Shown here in pieces: positions 21,669 through 31,925 of a DNA stretch of 64,000 nucleotides. The notes below the pieces were generated by a model. It saw nothing but the letters and a program-made list of their open reading frames with translations. It was not told the DNA's origin and did no database searches. The translations under genes and the position numbers were made by a program. The stretch spans positions 1 to 64,000 of the forward strand of contig DAHVQG010000003.1 in NCBI GenBank assembly GCA_027317865.1, read 5' to 3'. Each line of letters starts with the position of its first letter. Positions within the stretch are counted from its first letter, which is position 1. This stretch comes from Bdellovibrionales bacterium (GTDB taxonomy: Bacteria > Bdellovibrionota > Bdellovibrionia > Bdellovibrionales > UBA1609).

Positions 21669-22655
21669 ATGAAATCCAAACAATGCCTGCTGATCGCCGT
21701 TTTAATAATATCACCATTTGCGTGCGCTCACGCTGACGACTTTGAGATGATGCGACTAAAAGCGCAAGATTTTATCGTGGCGAAAGATTGGTCAGCTGCG
21801 GAGCACGAAGCAAAGGCGATGACAAAAGCCGATCCAGCGAACCCCGATGGATGGTTGATGTATGGCATTGTAGAACAGCGCCTTGAGAAAAATGAATCGG
21901 CCGCAAACGCCTATAAAAAATATTTAGATCTCCATCCTCCGAGCGATAAAGCTGAGGCGGTTCGCCAACGGCTAGCGCAAGTAGAGGTACGAGCTGAAAG
22001 GGCTCGGCAAAAAGAAACAACCAAGAAACAGCAACGCTACGGCTTGCGTTCGAACGGTGTTTATTTTGCATTCGCACCAATTTATGAACCGTCAACGTCA
22101 ACGGTCCTTAGCGGCAATGTCAATAGCAACTACCAACTGGGCCTTCAACTTCAACAAATAAATCTAGGTGTTATGTATGACGGTGGGAGCGTTTCTCAAT
22201 TAAGAGTTCCTGCTGGCGGGAGCAGTTATAAAACTGCGGGACCTGCTAATTTAGCAACGTGGACGTTTTACGCTGAGTACAACTACATTCTTACCAATCC
22301 GTTTACGACAACGGGGCCGTTCTCCATTTATATTCCAGCTCATCTTGGTTTTTTTACGAATACTCTTCGACTGAGTGATGGATCAAATAGCTATTCGAAC
22401 ATGGGGGCCGAGGTTGGGACGGGCATTGGCGTCCAATGGTACAGCCGTACGCCGTTGGCGATCGGTATGGCGGCACTTTATCACCAAGGCGTTGGCTTCG
22501 AAAATCTCACGAGCAGCACGAACACATCGCAAGGCGTAGAGAATATGTCGGGAGTTCTCGCACATGGCGGCAACGTCGGCCCGGAAATTCGTCTCATTTT
22601 TACGTACCTATTTGGATATGAAAAATCGTTGGCCGAGAAGGCGGGGGCTCTTTAA
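21669..22655 (+). CDS. TPR plus predicted outer-membrane beta-barrel protein
   Basis: Signal peptide; TPR (DPANPDGWLMYG..AYKKYLDLHP); amphipathic beta-strands ending LIFTYLF. Confidence 0.7.
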   Translation: MKSKQCLLIAVLIISPFACAHADDFEMMRLKAQDFIVAKDWSAAEHEAKAMTKADPANPDGWLMYGIVEQRLEKNESAANAYKKYLDLHPPSDKAEAVRQRLAQVEVRAERARQKETTKKQQRYGLRSNGVYFAFAPIYEPSTSTVLSGNVNSNYQLGLQLQQINLGVMYDGGSVSQLRVPAGGSSYKTAGPANLATWTFYAEYNYILTNPFTTTGPFSIYIPAHLGFFTNTLRLSDGSNSYSNMGAEVGTGIGVQWYSRTPLAIGMAALYHQGVGFENLTSSTNTSQGVENMSGVLAHGGNVGPEIRLIFTYLFGYEKSLAEKAGAL

Positions 22656-22773
22656 CCAAGAATAAGTATTTTAAGGAAGTGATCGCGGTTTAGCGCCAGG
22701 CGATCACACATAGCAGGGGGTGCGGAGATAGAACGCCCCATCCCGCATTTTTAAAGTTAAGTTGCGGCAATCT

Positions 22774-23274
22774 CTACAAACCGGCAAACGAGCTTGTTGT
22801 CACGAATGTAGTTGAGTTGTTTATAATAACAGCGTGCCACCCAGGGTACTGTCCAAAGACGTCGCCGGGTTTTTGATCACCGCTGTAATGGTAAAGAGGC
22901 AAACCATTATACGTTAGTTGCGGCTGCCCGTCATTGCCGTTAATGACTCCAAAAGGCGATGAGACTTGATCGCCCGCCGGAACATGCATCGGCGGCCACT
23001 CGGATAGACAACTGCCACTGCAGTTCGAAACATTCGTCGTATCTTGATCGAATGTATAAAGAGACATGCCATTTCTATCAGTCATTATAGTGGCAGGTCG
23101 ACCGTTCACAGTCGTATTTAACTCTGATACAAGATTTGTGCCGATTATCGAACCCGCCGTAGCATTTGTGCTTCCGGCAAGATGTGCATGGGCGTTTCCG
23201 GCACAGGCGACAAGTCCCGCCACAACCAAATAGTAGCCGCCTATTCTAATTAGCAACTTTAATTTCGTATTCAT
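22774..23274 (-). CDS. COG4315-type lipoprotein (Y-x4-D repeats)
   Basis: LVAC lipobox; GMSLYTFDQD..C.G.C...WPP, QLTYNGLPLYHYSGD..PGD. Confidence 0.88.
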   Translation of the reverse strand: MNTKLKLLIRIGGYYLVVAGLVACAGNAHAHLAGSTNATAGSIIGTNLVSELNTTVNGRPATIMTDRNGMSLYTFDQDTTNVSNCSGSCLSEWPPMHVPAGDQVSSPFGVINGNDGQPQLTYNGLPLYHYSGDQKPGDVFGQYPGWHAVIINNSTTFVTTSSFAGL

Positions 23275-23336
23275 TTTGCCCCCCTAATAGGTAAAATTAG
23301 CCTGGATGAGGTATACCCTATTTTAATTTTCATAAT

Positions 23337-23353
23337 ATTGTTAGAATAACAAT
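23337..23353. promoter_or_regulatory. LysR-type operator (T-N11-A inverted repeat)
   Basis: ATTGTT-AGAAT-AACAAT between the divergent lipoprotein and LysR genes. Confidence 0.55.
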
Positions 23354-23419
23354 TTAAAAATGCCTTAAATACAATATGTGTTTTCAAGAAATGAGTTTAG
23401 CGTGAAATCAAAGAGAAAA

Positions 23420-24208
23420 ATGAATGATTTTGGCATCCTCGCAAGCGATATTACGTATTTTCTCGTAGTGTTTGAGCAAAAAAGCATTAATGGAGCCGCT
23501 CGAAAATTAAACCTCGATGCGGGCAATATTTCGCGAGCGATCGCGCGGCTAGAGCAAAATCTAGGTGTAAAACTCTTTACGCGACATAAAAATGGATTAC
23601 GTTCAACCGAGTTTGGCGACAACTTTAATGCCGCCGTACAAGAAGCCCAAGACTCATTTTCAAATAGACTCGCGTCAAACAAAAATACCAACCGGCATAT
23701 TCGAATCGGATTTAGTCCGGCAATTGGATATTCGCATTTTTGTTATCGTTTTATTCAACCGCTAATTGATCTGGCCATGACGCCAGAGTTTATTATTGCG
23801 CCGTCGTCGCAGCTGGTAGAGATGATCAAACATCGCGAAGTTGATTTTGTTTTGTCTCATAATCCGGTTAAATTTCCAGGTGTGATAGCCCGGTCCATTT
23901 CCTCAGAGGGGGTCGTGTTGTGTTCACGTACAGGCACCGAACAAAAAATACTCATCTTACATCCTGACATGCTAGGGCTTGAGCGCATTATCCAGTCGTT
24001 TAATTACGAAACCCGTTGGCTCCTCCGCGATTACTTTGTCATCTCAAAAATTTTAGAGTCGAACGAGGGGGTAATGGGGCTTATCCCAGAAACTTTAGCA
24101 AAAGGACGGTCAACGCTAAAAATACTCAGAACTTTCTCCAAAGAAGGGCGAATCACGGCTCTGTCCTGGCCCGGTTCTGTCGGGGTCGAATTGATAAAAC
24201 AAATCTAA
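23420..24208 (+). CDS. LysR-family transcriptional regulator
   Basis: SINGAARKL..NISRAIARLEQNLGVKLFTR...TEFG; start uncertain (23378 alternative). Confidence 0.9.
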   Translation: MNDFGILASDITYFLVVFEQKSINGAARKLNLDAGNISRAIARLEQNLGVKLFTRHKNGLRSTEFGDNFNAAVQEAQDSFSNRLASNKNTNRHIRIGFSPAIGYSHFCYRFIQPLIDLAMTPEFIIAPSSQLVEMIKHREVDFVLSHNPVKFPGVIARSISSEGVVLCSRTGTEQKILILHPDMLGLERIIQSFNYETRWLLRDYFVISKILESNEGVMGLIPETLAKGRSTLKILRTFSKEGRITALSWPGSVGVELIKQI

Positions 24209-24328
24209 TGCGCATCCTTCAATTTAAGAATCTATTCGATATTTATTCAGTCATCGACATTATGGTATGTATGCCCGATAAATTTGTCCGATAATTGGCA
24301 GGTTTGCCTCTGGGCCCGAACTGTAAAA

Positions 24329-27226
24329 CTATTCAAGCGACATCGGATAGATTGGTGTCGTATTGTCGGTTATCGTGCCGTTGCCGAGATTTCCGGCGTA
24401 GTTGTGTCCCCAGCATTCAAGGTTGCCAGAGACAATCGCACATTGCGTGTATATATCGCTTTGAACGTAGCCACCTGAGAAATCGGTTACGCCGCTAGAG
24501 AATTCGGTTAAAACATCGTTTGACCAGTTATAGCCCCCGATACCATTACCGCCCCCCATTTCGCCACCCCAACAATATAGCGCACCAGTCGATGAAATTG
24601 CGCAAAATGCTGAGACATTATATATTCCGTAAATTGCAAAAACGCCTGACGTCAGCGGCGATTCATTTGACGCAACGGGCGTGGTTTGGTTTCCAGAATA
24701 AGAATTGTCAGCCACTCTGTTGTCGTTAGCAAAACCCCAGCAATAAACAGACCCAGAAGTGTTGAGTGCACATGTGGTAGTGTAACCTAGATTATTAGAT
24801 TGTTGGACACTGACGATCCCCGATGTAAGGCCAATGACTTGCACGGGTGATGATTCATATGTGGTTGTACCATTTCCGACTTGGCCCTGCGAATTGCCAC
24901 CCCAGCAATTGAGATCGCCACCCGTGAGAATTACACATTTGACATCGTCATCGCCCACGCTAGAGACCCCTGAACCGATACCAATAATGGTTTGAGGCGT
25001 GCCCGTGTACAAGGTGTTACCAAAATCGTATCCCCAACAATAAAGTGCATAGGATGTGGAAGTCGCGCAGGCATCGCCGGCAGTCATCGAAATTGACGAG
25101 GCGAGAATCGGCGATCCGCTTAGTTTAACTTCGGATGGAGTGGATGTGCCACCCCCTCCTGTGTCGCCCCAACACCACACGGTATTGTTCGATTCTAGTG
25201 CACACGCCCAATCATTAGAAGTGGAGTTACCTTCACCAGTTAAAACTTTTGTAACGCCACTTACCCCGCTTACTGTCACCGGCGCAAGACTCGATGTTGT
25301 CGTGCCATTGCCCAAATTGCCGCCGTCGTTATTGCCCCAACATTTGACGGCGCCCCCAACTACGGCGCAAGTGAAATTGCCAGCAGTGGATACGTCTGTG
25401 AGAAGAGATGTCGATGTGCTGTCAAGGTTGAAAGAGGCCGATGTCATGCTGGTTGCGGATGCAGTTATAGTCGAGGTTTCCGTTGCCGAATCTTCAACAT
25501 AAAATGTTTGGCTAGAGGAGCCAACGCCGATCGACACGCTAGATATCGGAGGTCCAGTGCAACTTGAACTGCTATTGGGTGCTGCCGAACCCGTCGCGCT
25601 CAAATTGACGGTCATGGCACTGCCCGAGACCGGGCTTGGGTTTCCGTATTGGTCTGTATCGGTAACTGTTAGTGGCACGCACGTACCCGGGGCTTCGAAA
25701 GTTGGCCCCGTTATTATGAGTGTTTGGGGCGTGGTAGCGTTGACGGTGACAGTTGTCCCAAGTTGTGTACCAGAGGGCGGCGAATTAACTCCAAGATACC
25801 CGCTCGTTTGCCCCCATGTGATGTAAGGGTCAAAAGATTCGGCGCGAATGTCTTTTGTATACAATGTTGCGCTGGTGGCACCTGATGAAAACCACATTGG
25901 GCTAGTCAAGGGGGTGGTGCAAGCAGCATCAGTATAAAATTGACTTGAGCCGGCCGTAATGCCGGCGAGATCGCCGGAATTTGTGCCGCCACCAATTGCG
26001 GTTGTGGCGCCGTTGTTATCTTCAAATGTAACTGTAACCTGTTGGCAAGTTCCTGCGGCAAATGAAGTTGATGAATACGCGGTGACGACGGCGTTGACGA
26101 TCCATGTACTGCTGTCAGTTGGGGTTTGGGTGAGGGTGGTTGCGGTTGCGTAATCGCCTTCGCTTTCTGAAACGCTATCGGTTAAGTAAATATTTGGCGT
26201 GCTCGACGATCCAGCTGATATTGTCGATGTCGTAGTCTGCGTCGAGCAGGCGGAGTCGGAATAAAACTTAGCACTACCTGATGGCACAAGAGTAAGGTTG
26301 ACGGCGGAACTGGAAACAGTAGCTGTGTTACCGTATTTATCCTCAACGCCGATCTGAACGGGCGTGCATTGATTGACGAATGGGTTCCCGTAAGGCGCCG
26401 ACGTCCACACGAGTTGCGACGGCGTACCAGCGGCAACGTTGATCGCACTGGAACAAGCGCCTGAGAGCCCACTTGCTGAAGCGCCAATATAGAATGTCCC
26501 GCTTTTTGTATAATTCACTCCCGCAAACGTCGCGACACCCGACGTTGGAGTAAGCGGATTGGTCGTCGCACTGAACGTACCGGTCCCGGCGCTCGTGCAC
26601 GCGCTGTCGGTATATGCAGCAAGAGTCACGGCATTAGAAGCTGAGGTCACAACGTTACCGTAAGTGTCTTCAATGGTGATGCCCGGCTGGGTAGAAAGCG
26701 CGATCCCGGCTGTGCCACTCGCGGAGGGTTCGGTTGAAAAGATAAGTTTTGAAGGGTTACCTGGAGTTATGGTGATGGCATTTGAACACGCACTGGTCAG
26801 GCCGCTCGAAGAAGCGCCGATGTAAATTGTTGTGGAGGGGCCAGTCAACGTGACTCCATAATTAACCCCAGCAAACGAAGCAACGCCAGATGACGCTGCC
26901 AAACCATTATTGGTTATAGTAAAGGTGCCTGAAGCCGGCGTTGTGCACGTTGAATTTGTGTACGCTGCGAGCGTGACCGTGTTTGTCGCTGAAGTCACGA
27001 TATTGCCCTTTGCATCTTCGATTTCTATAACCGGTTGGGAGCTAAATGTAACCCCTGCGCCGGCGGTTGAAGAAGGTTGAGTTTGAAAGGCGAGCTGCGT
27101 CGGTGGGCTTGCTGGGGCGTTCGCATTTGCCGCAAAGGGCGTATGAATTGAAAGCGTGCAGGCGGTTGTTAGGCTAAATATAACCGCACAGAAAAGCAGA
27201 ATAAACGGCCTTAATGTGCTTTTCAT
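24329..27226 (-). CDS. Large surface lipoprotein: Ig-like repeats plus C-terminal RCC1 beta-propeller
   Basis: LTTAC lipobox; repeated LxFxTxPS..QPxIxIEDxxGN domains; multiple TCA..G.V.CWG.N..G.LG.G repeats. Confidence 0.85.
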   Translation of the reverse strand: MKSTLRPFILLFCAVIFSLTTACTLSIHTPFAANANAPASPPTQLAFQTQPSSTAGAGVTFSSQPVIEIEDAKGNIVTSATNTVTLAAYTNSTCTTPASGTFTITNNGLAASSGVASFAGVNYGVTLTGPSTTIYIGASSSGLTSACSNAITITPGNPSKLIFSTEPSASGTAGIALSTQPGITIEDTYGNVVTSASNAVTLAAYTDSACTSAGTGTFSATTNPLTPTSGVATFAGVNYTKSGTFYIGASASGLSGACSSAINVAAGTPSQLVWTSAPYGNPFVNQCTPVQIGVEDKYGNTATVSSSAVNLTLVPSGSAKFYSDSACSTQTTTSTISAGSSSTPNIYLTDSVSESEGDYATATTLTQTPTDSSTWIVNAVVTAYSSTSFAAGTCQQVTVTFEDNNGATTAIGGGTNSGDLAGITAGSSQFYTDAACTTPLTSPMWFSSGATSATLYTKDIRAESFDPYITWGQTSGYLGVNSPPSGTQLGTTVTVNATTPQTLIITGPTFEAPGTCVPLTVTDTDQYGNPSPVSGSAMTVNLSATGSAAPNSSSSCTGPPISSVSIGVGSSSQTFYVEDSATETSTITASATSMTSASFNLDSTSTSLLTDVSTAGNFTCAVVGGAVKCWGNNDGGNLGNGTTTSSLAPVTVSGVSGVTKVLTGEGNSTSNDWACALESNNTVWCWGDTGGGGTSTPSEVKLSGSPILASSISMTAGDACATSTSYALYCWGYDFGNTLYTGTPQTIIGIGSGVSSVGDDDVKCVILTGGDLNCWGGNSQGQVGNGTTTYESSPVQVIGLTSGIVSVQQSNNLGYTTTCALNTSGSVYCWGFANDNRVADNSYSGNQTTPVASNESPLTSGVFAIYGIYNVSAFCAISSTGALYCWGGEMGGGNGIGGYNWSNDVLTEFSSGVTDFSGGYVQSDIYTQCAIVSGNLECWGHNYAGNLGNGTITDNTTPIYPMSLE

Positions 27227-27356
27227 TCGACGTCCCCCAATACATAAATTCTATCACGATTCATAATACTGAGGTGGAAATTCGAGGGCAAATGCACCCC
27301 GGCAGTCTTCGCAAATCTCAAATTGAGCCGAATAAACTTATCAAATTCATACATAG

Positions 27357-28535
27357 CTATGGTACCCCATAAGAAATACCTAAACTGATAGCATTTATTT
27401 TGATTGAAATTTCATTTTGTAAAAGATTGACTTGCCGGTAACTCAAATTGAGAGAAAGGCTGCGCTGGTTGCGATATGTTCGCGTCCACCCGATGCCACC
27501 GTTTAATTCATGGCTAGCAAAACTCAAATTAAATTGTGAATCGACGGGCGTATAACGAAGATAAGCGTCGAAAGCATTTTTGTTATCTGGGGAGTATGTA
27601 AGAACAGGGAACAATTCGGGCTCCCACAAGTTGGTATAGCCAAAATTCATTCCTGAAGGGAGCATGGTTGAATAATATACTCCACCAGCAATTGCGACTG
27701 ACCATTTTTGAGGGTGTATCGAAATGAGGTAAATCAAGTCGGCGCCGAGGCCAAAAAATCGGGCGGACATTTGATTTGAATCCGTTGAAAACGGCGTTGT
27801 TGTAACTAGGTCAAGAAGCGAGCGCGCCTTAAAAGTCCAGTGGTTGGCAAGAGTTTGTCGATATAAAATATTTCCGGCTATTGACGTTTCGTCTAACTTA
27901 TTTAAGTTTGTCTGCGAGTACGCAATCGAACGCGCCGAGAAGCCAAAGTTCCATCGCGAATGTTTTTTCGCTATTTGATTTTTTTCAGCCTTTTTAACTA
28001 GATTATGTTTTACCAGATGGGCTTTTAATTTACTCTGTTTAAGCGACAGAATCAGAACATACGGTTGTGCAAGTAAAGGCGGTTTAGACGCACGAAAAGG
28101 AATTTGAACGTGCCCGTAGGGCAGCGTGAGCGACAGGCTGAATCGACCATTTGAACCAACAGTAATTTCTTTTGAACTTGGCGCCATTTTTCTGATCGAT
28201 TGATTTTGTACACTGAGATGCGAATTGATCGCGACCGTACCAGGTTGCAGTTGAATTATTACTCCAGGCTGAGCCTTGCCGTTAAGTTGTACGCGAACAT
28301 AATCCGGGTCAATTTGTTGATAAGTTGTTTTTAGCCACTGAACTTTGACAGTATCATTGCCTTGCGGTAACGGGGCCGTTTGAATTCGTGATTTCAGGAT
28401 TTTTGATTGCTGAATAGAAATAGCGGTGGCCGGGTTTGACCACGTGGCCGAAACAAAAAAGATGATCAAAAGCGTGTGCCGCGACAAAGCACCGATCACA
28501 CGTTTAAATGAAATCGTGCGGACATAAAACATCAT
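27357..28535 (-). CDS. Predicted outer-membrane protein (N-terminal beta-sandwich plus C-terminal beta-barrel)
   Basis: Signal peptide; alternating hydrophobic strands; C-terminal ISLGISYG. Confidence 0.65.
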   Translation of the reverse strand: MMFYVRTISFKRVIGALSRHTLLIIFFVSATWSNPATAISIQQSKILKSRIQTAPLPQGNDTVKVQWLKTTYQQIDPDYVRVQLNGKAQPGVIIQLQPGTVAINSHLSVQNQSIRKMAPSSKEITVGSNGRFSLSLTLPYGHVQIPFRASKPPLLAQPYVLILSLKQSKLKAHLVKHNLVKKAEKNQIAKKHSRWNFGFSARSIAYSQTNLNKLDETSIAGNILYRQTLANHWTFKARSLLDLVTTTPFSTDSNQMSARFFGLGADLIYLISIHPQKWSVAIAGGVYYSTMLPSGMNFGYTNLWEPELFPVLTYSPDNKNAFDAYLRYTPVDSQFNLSFASHELNGGIGWTRTYRNQRSLSLNLSYRQVNLLQNEISIKINAISLGISYGVP

Positions 28536-29119
28536 TATCGTTTCGGTAAAAAACCCTTAAGAAATTAATGGCTTACAAGACTAACGTCGTTTGGCTGATC
28601 AACATAATTTTTTAAGTTAATTCTTCGGTGTGCAATGCCATACAAAAGCCTAGCTATTTGATTTTTTAGCGTTTCATTTTTGGCGCGGATAACTTGTCTG
28701 CACGGCCCATATGCAAAAGAACTCAACGACTTATCGGGGAGCAGTATAAGGGCATTCTAGATTGTCATTGTGATGTCTTTTGAGCTCCTAGACGACTAAT
28801 GCGGCTCTTATCTGTTAGTACTTACACCAGGTCTAGCGCACCCGGTATATTGGTGCATGCATTGGTGGAGGCGATTTCCCACTCTCAACCCACTGAAATT
28901 AGCTCATTATTTTTGTGACGTCCATCAAGTGTCCAGCTTCCAAGCCCAGAATTCAGGGAAATCGGTCGGGAGGTTCAGGGAATTGGCGGGAAGCAGGCCG
29001 ACCTTTTGTTGTCACATCCGCCAGGGACGCTCTGGCCAATGAGTCCAACACGGAAACACCAACCGTGCTAGAGTGACTCAGTCACCGCGCCTCTCAATTT
29101 TCTTCAAGGAGTCACAATT

Positions 29120-29263
29120 TTGAATACCAATTTGCTGGTCGCCAACCTCAATGATGGCCGAGCGATCATGGTACGCGAAAACATACCTTTCGTGCCTCGG
29201 CCGCCGCCACTCAAAATCGCCGCCAAGAAGAAGCCGTATCCCAAAACCCGCCAGCTGAAGTAG
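29120..29263 (+). pseudogene. Internally deleted RRM RNA-binding protein gene (47 aa)
   Basis: AAGGAG plus TTG start; MNTNLLVANL-NDGRAIMVRENIP aligns to the start (MSKKLYVGNL) and end (MDGRAINVSKAKP) of the intact RRM at 31647-31925. Confidence 0.65.
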
Positions 29264-29269
29264 GTCCTA

Positions 29270-30181
29270 ATGAGAATTGAAAGCGTTCGCGACCTTCACA
29301 GCCAATTTCCGGATATTGACGGCTATTGGGCCTCAGGCGACTTTGCAACCACTGAAGCCGCCATTCGCTCTGCCTTACCCGCCGACGTTAGTGGAGAGTG
29401 GAGCACAACAGCGCTTGATGCCATCACTCAACTCGTGCGCGTACAAAATCTTCAAGGCAAAAACGCAGAAGCGAAAGAAACTTTGGAGTTCGCGCGCAAA
29501 TTGATAATGGCGATCGATCCGGCGAAACGGACCCGTTTAGAAATTCGCATGCTCCTCGAAGAGGGACGCCACCTCTGCCTTTCAATGATGCCGTCTAAAG
29601 CGCAGGCGCACTTCAGTCAGGCCTGGTCTGCGGCTACCGCTACCGACGAAGTGTTTTTGGCGGTCGAAGCGGCAGTCATGCTCTCCATTAGCCAGCCGCC
29701 CAAATTCAAGAATGATTGGCTTCAACGTGCCATTGAGCTCGCAGAAAAGACCGAAGTTCACCAAGCTAAGCTTTGGCTCGCACAGCTCTACTTGATGGAG
29801 GGATGGCACGCCTTTGACCTTCACCGCTTCGACGACGCTTTGAAAAGTTTTAAACTGGCACTCGAACGCCCCCGAGAGCCAGGTGAAATGACAAGTCTGA
29901 TTCTGATCAGGTGGTGCGTCGCACGGGCCATGCGCGCCCTGGGCCACAACCAAGAGGCCTTAGATATCCAAAAGGAACTTTTAGCCGAAGTCTCCAAGGA
30001 AGGTAAACTCAACGGCCATATCTTCCTGGAGATCGCCGAATGCCTGCAGCTTCTAAGAAAGACCGAGGAAGCTAAAGCCTATTTTGAATCCGCTTACAAG
30101 GATCTCTCCGCGAACGGTTGGTATTCAGACAATAAGGGTTCCGAACTTAGTCGCATGCAACACCTTTACAAGAAACGCTAA
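29270..30181 (+). CDS. Tetratricopeptide-repeat protein
   Basis: All-helical with TPR-like patterns (GWHAFDLHRFDDALKSFKLAL, RWCVARAMRALGHNQEAL). Confidence 0.82.
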   Translation: MRIESVRDLHSQFPDIDGYWASGDFATTEAAIRSALPADVSGEWSTTALDAITQLVRVQNLQGKNAEAKETLEFARKLIMAIDPAKRTRLEIRMLLEEGRHLCLSMMPSKAQAHFSQAWSAATATDEVFLAVEAAVMLSISQPPKFKNDWLQRAIELAEKTEVHQAKLWLAQLYLMEGWHAFDLHRFDDALKSFKLALERPREPGEMTSLILIRWCVARAMRALGHNQEALDIQKELLAEVSKEGKLNGHIFLEIAECLQLLRKTEEAKAYFESAYKDLSANGWYSDNKGSELSRMQHLYKKR

Positions 30182-31161
30182 TCTCTTGATAACGACCGAT
30201 GCTTTTTTCGATTGGTGTATGTTTTAGCCCAATGCCTAACTCTGGGTAGGCTACCAAATAGAAATTCCAAAAGAAATTTGCGCGGGACAAATCGGCGAAG
30301 ATAATAAAATATCCTGGCGTCTAAGGTGGCTGGAATCCACAACGGCGGATTTTTCTGGTTAATCGTTTTGAGGATTCGCCGGGCAACATTCTCCGGGGTC
30401 GTAAAGCTCAGCCCCATTAGCCTCTCTATAAAGGGAGTCATGTGCATGTAGTAGTCCGCATAAAGACCCTCGATTCCATGCTCCGGACCCGATGCCGACG
30501 AGTACCGCACATTAAGAAATGACTTAGAGCGAACAAATCCAGGCTGAATCAGGCTAACATTGATTCCAAGAGGCCTCACCTCATACCACAAAGATTCGCT
30601 GATCCCCTCAAGTGCATACTTCGAAGCACTATACGATCCCATCGTCGGCATGGCGAGCATTCCGCTCACAGAGGACACGTTGATAATCTTTCCTCTCCCC
30701 ATTTTTCGCATAAACGGAAGTACGGCTCTTATCAGGCCTACCGGGCCAAAATAGTTGGTATCAAATTGATGTTGTTCTTCTGCAGCAGTCATATGCTCGA
30801 CGACAGCCCGATAACTTACGCCTGCATTGTTGACCAGCACGTTCACACCACCCCACATGGTTTCAATTTCCCGAATCAATTGATTTCTTGCCGACTCATC
30901 GGTCACGTCCAGTGGACGCACGAGGAACCTCGAGCTTTCGGGAAAATGGGATTTCAATAGCCCCAGTGATTTAGATCGTGCGGTCACAATCACGCGATAT
31001 TGATTCAGGGTAAAAAGAAGTTTGGCAAGCGCATGGCCAATTCCCGAACTGCAGCCTGTCACTAGAATGACAGGCTTAAACGGCGACTGAGCGGGCGCCT
31101 TAATGAAGCAGTTGATTCGAAACTCGATTCGTTGAAAACTCGATATCCTCGGGTGTCGCAT
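30178..31161 (-). CDS. SDR family oxidoreductase
   Basis: LVTGCSSGIG, LVNNAG, NVSS, YSASK; start uncertain because it overlaps the upstream FKBP gene. Confidence 0.9.
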   Translation of the reverse strand: MRHPRISSFQRIEFRINCFIKAPAQSPFKPVILVTGCSSGIGHALAKLLFTLNQYRVIVTARSKSLGLLKSHFPESSRFLVRPLDVTDESARNQLIREIETMWGGVNVLVNNAGVSYRAVVEHMTAAEEQHQFDTNYFGPVGLIRAVLPFMRKMGRGKIINVSSVSGMLAMPTMGSYSASKYALEGISESLWYEVRPLGINVSLIQPGFVRSKSFLNVRYSSASGPEHGIEGLYADYYMHMTPFIERLMGLSFTTPENVARRILKTINQKNPPLWIPATLDARIFYYLRRFVPRKFLLEFLFGSLPRVRHWAKTYTNRKKHRSLSRD

Positions 31162-31573
31162 CACGGGCTTCAAGCGCTTCAATTTCGAAAAGCAGATCCT
31201 GACCGGCAAGAGGATGGTTGCCATTAAGACTCACGAAATCTTCATGATATTCAATAACTCGATAGGAGCGACGAATTCCGCTCGAGCCGACGATGCCTAT
31301 CATTTCACCTTTTGAGACGGACTTCGGCAGTTTTCTGCGCGGAAATAAAATCACCTTGTTTGGATCATAGAGGCCGTACGCCGCCTCCGCACGAACTGCA
31401 AAGCAACGTTTCTCGCCCCTTCTTAAATTCTGCAGATTTTTAGTTAAACCCGAGAGAGTTCCGCTCTGATCCGGCGCTATCGCATTTAGGGCCTCACGAT
31501 TATAGGTCTGACTGATCAAGCGGCCGGCCGAGTTCTTTAGCGTGCATTTGAAAGAAATGATCTGCGGACACAT
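31100..31573 (-). CDS. FKBP-type peptidyl-prolyl isomerase, SlyD-like (no His-rich tail)
   Basis: GEK..F.V.AEAAYG.YDP, NHPLAGQDLLFEIE...RDATPEDI. Confidence 0.88.
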   Translation of the reverse strand: MCPQIISFKCTLKNSAGRLISQTYNREALNAIAPDQSGTLSGLTKNLQNLRRGEKRCFAVRAEAAYGLYDPNKVILFPRRKLPKSVSKGEMIGIVGSSGIRRSYRVIEYHEDFVSLNGNHPLAGQDLLFEIEALEARDATPEDIEFSTNRVSNQLLH

Positions 31574-31594
31574 ACAATTCCTCCACTGGAAAAC

Positions 31595-31622
31595 AAAAAC
31601 CGACCCTCGCGGATCGGTTTTT
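31595..31622. terminator. Intrinsic terminator (bidirectional)
   Basis: AAAAACCGACC-CTCGC-GGATCGGTTTTT downstream of the RRM gene. Confidence 0.65.
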
Positions 31623-31646
31623 CAAACTCTCTAATTTAAGATCGAT

Positions 31647-31925
31647 TTAGAAACGACGGCGATCATTGTCGCCAGGCACTTGCGGCTTGGCTTTGCTCAC
31701 ATTGATCGCGCGTCCATCCATCTGACTTCCATTCAGCTGATCAATCGAAGCAGCAGCCTCAGAAATAGATGACATCTCTACAAACGCAAAGCCTTTGCTG
31801 CGACCCGAATCGCGATCCATGATCACTTTGGCAGATGCAACGGTTCCGCATCGCGAGAATGCATCCGCCAGCATCTGATCTGTCACTGAATAGGGAAGAT
31901 TTCCGACATATAGTTTTTTACTCAT
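31647..31925 (-). CDS. RRM (RNP-1) RNA-binding protein
   Basis: KLYVGNL (RNP2), RSKGFAFVEM (RNP1); AGGAGG RBS. Confidence 0.96.
   Translation of the reverse strand: MSKKLYVGNLPYSVTDQMLADAFSRCGTVASAKVIMDRDSGRSKGFAFVEMSSISEAAASIDQLNGSQMDGRAINVSKAKPQVPGDNDRRRF

Noticed and set aside
28740-29240. Full tmRNA or tRNA ending at CCTCCACCA (28863)
   Set aside because: No T-arm (GTTCRA) next to the CCA end and no matching 5' acceptor strand; kept only as an att-like core.
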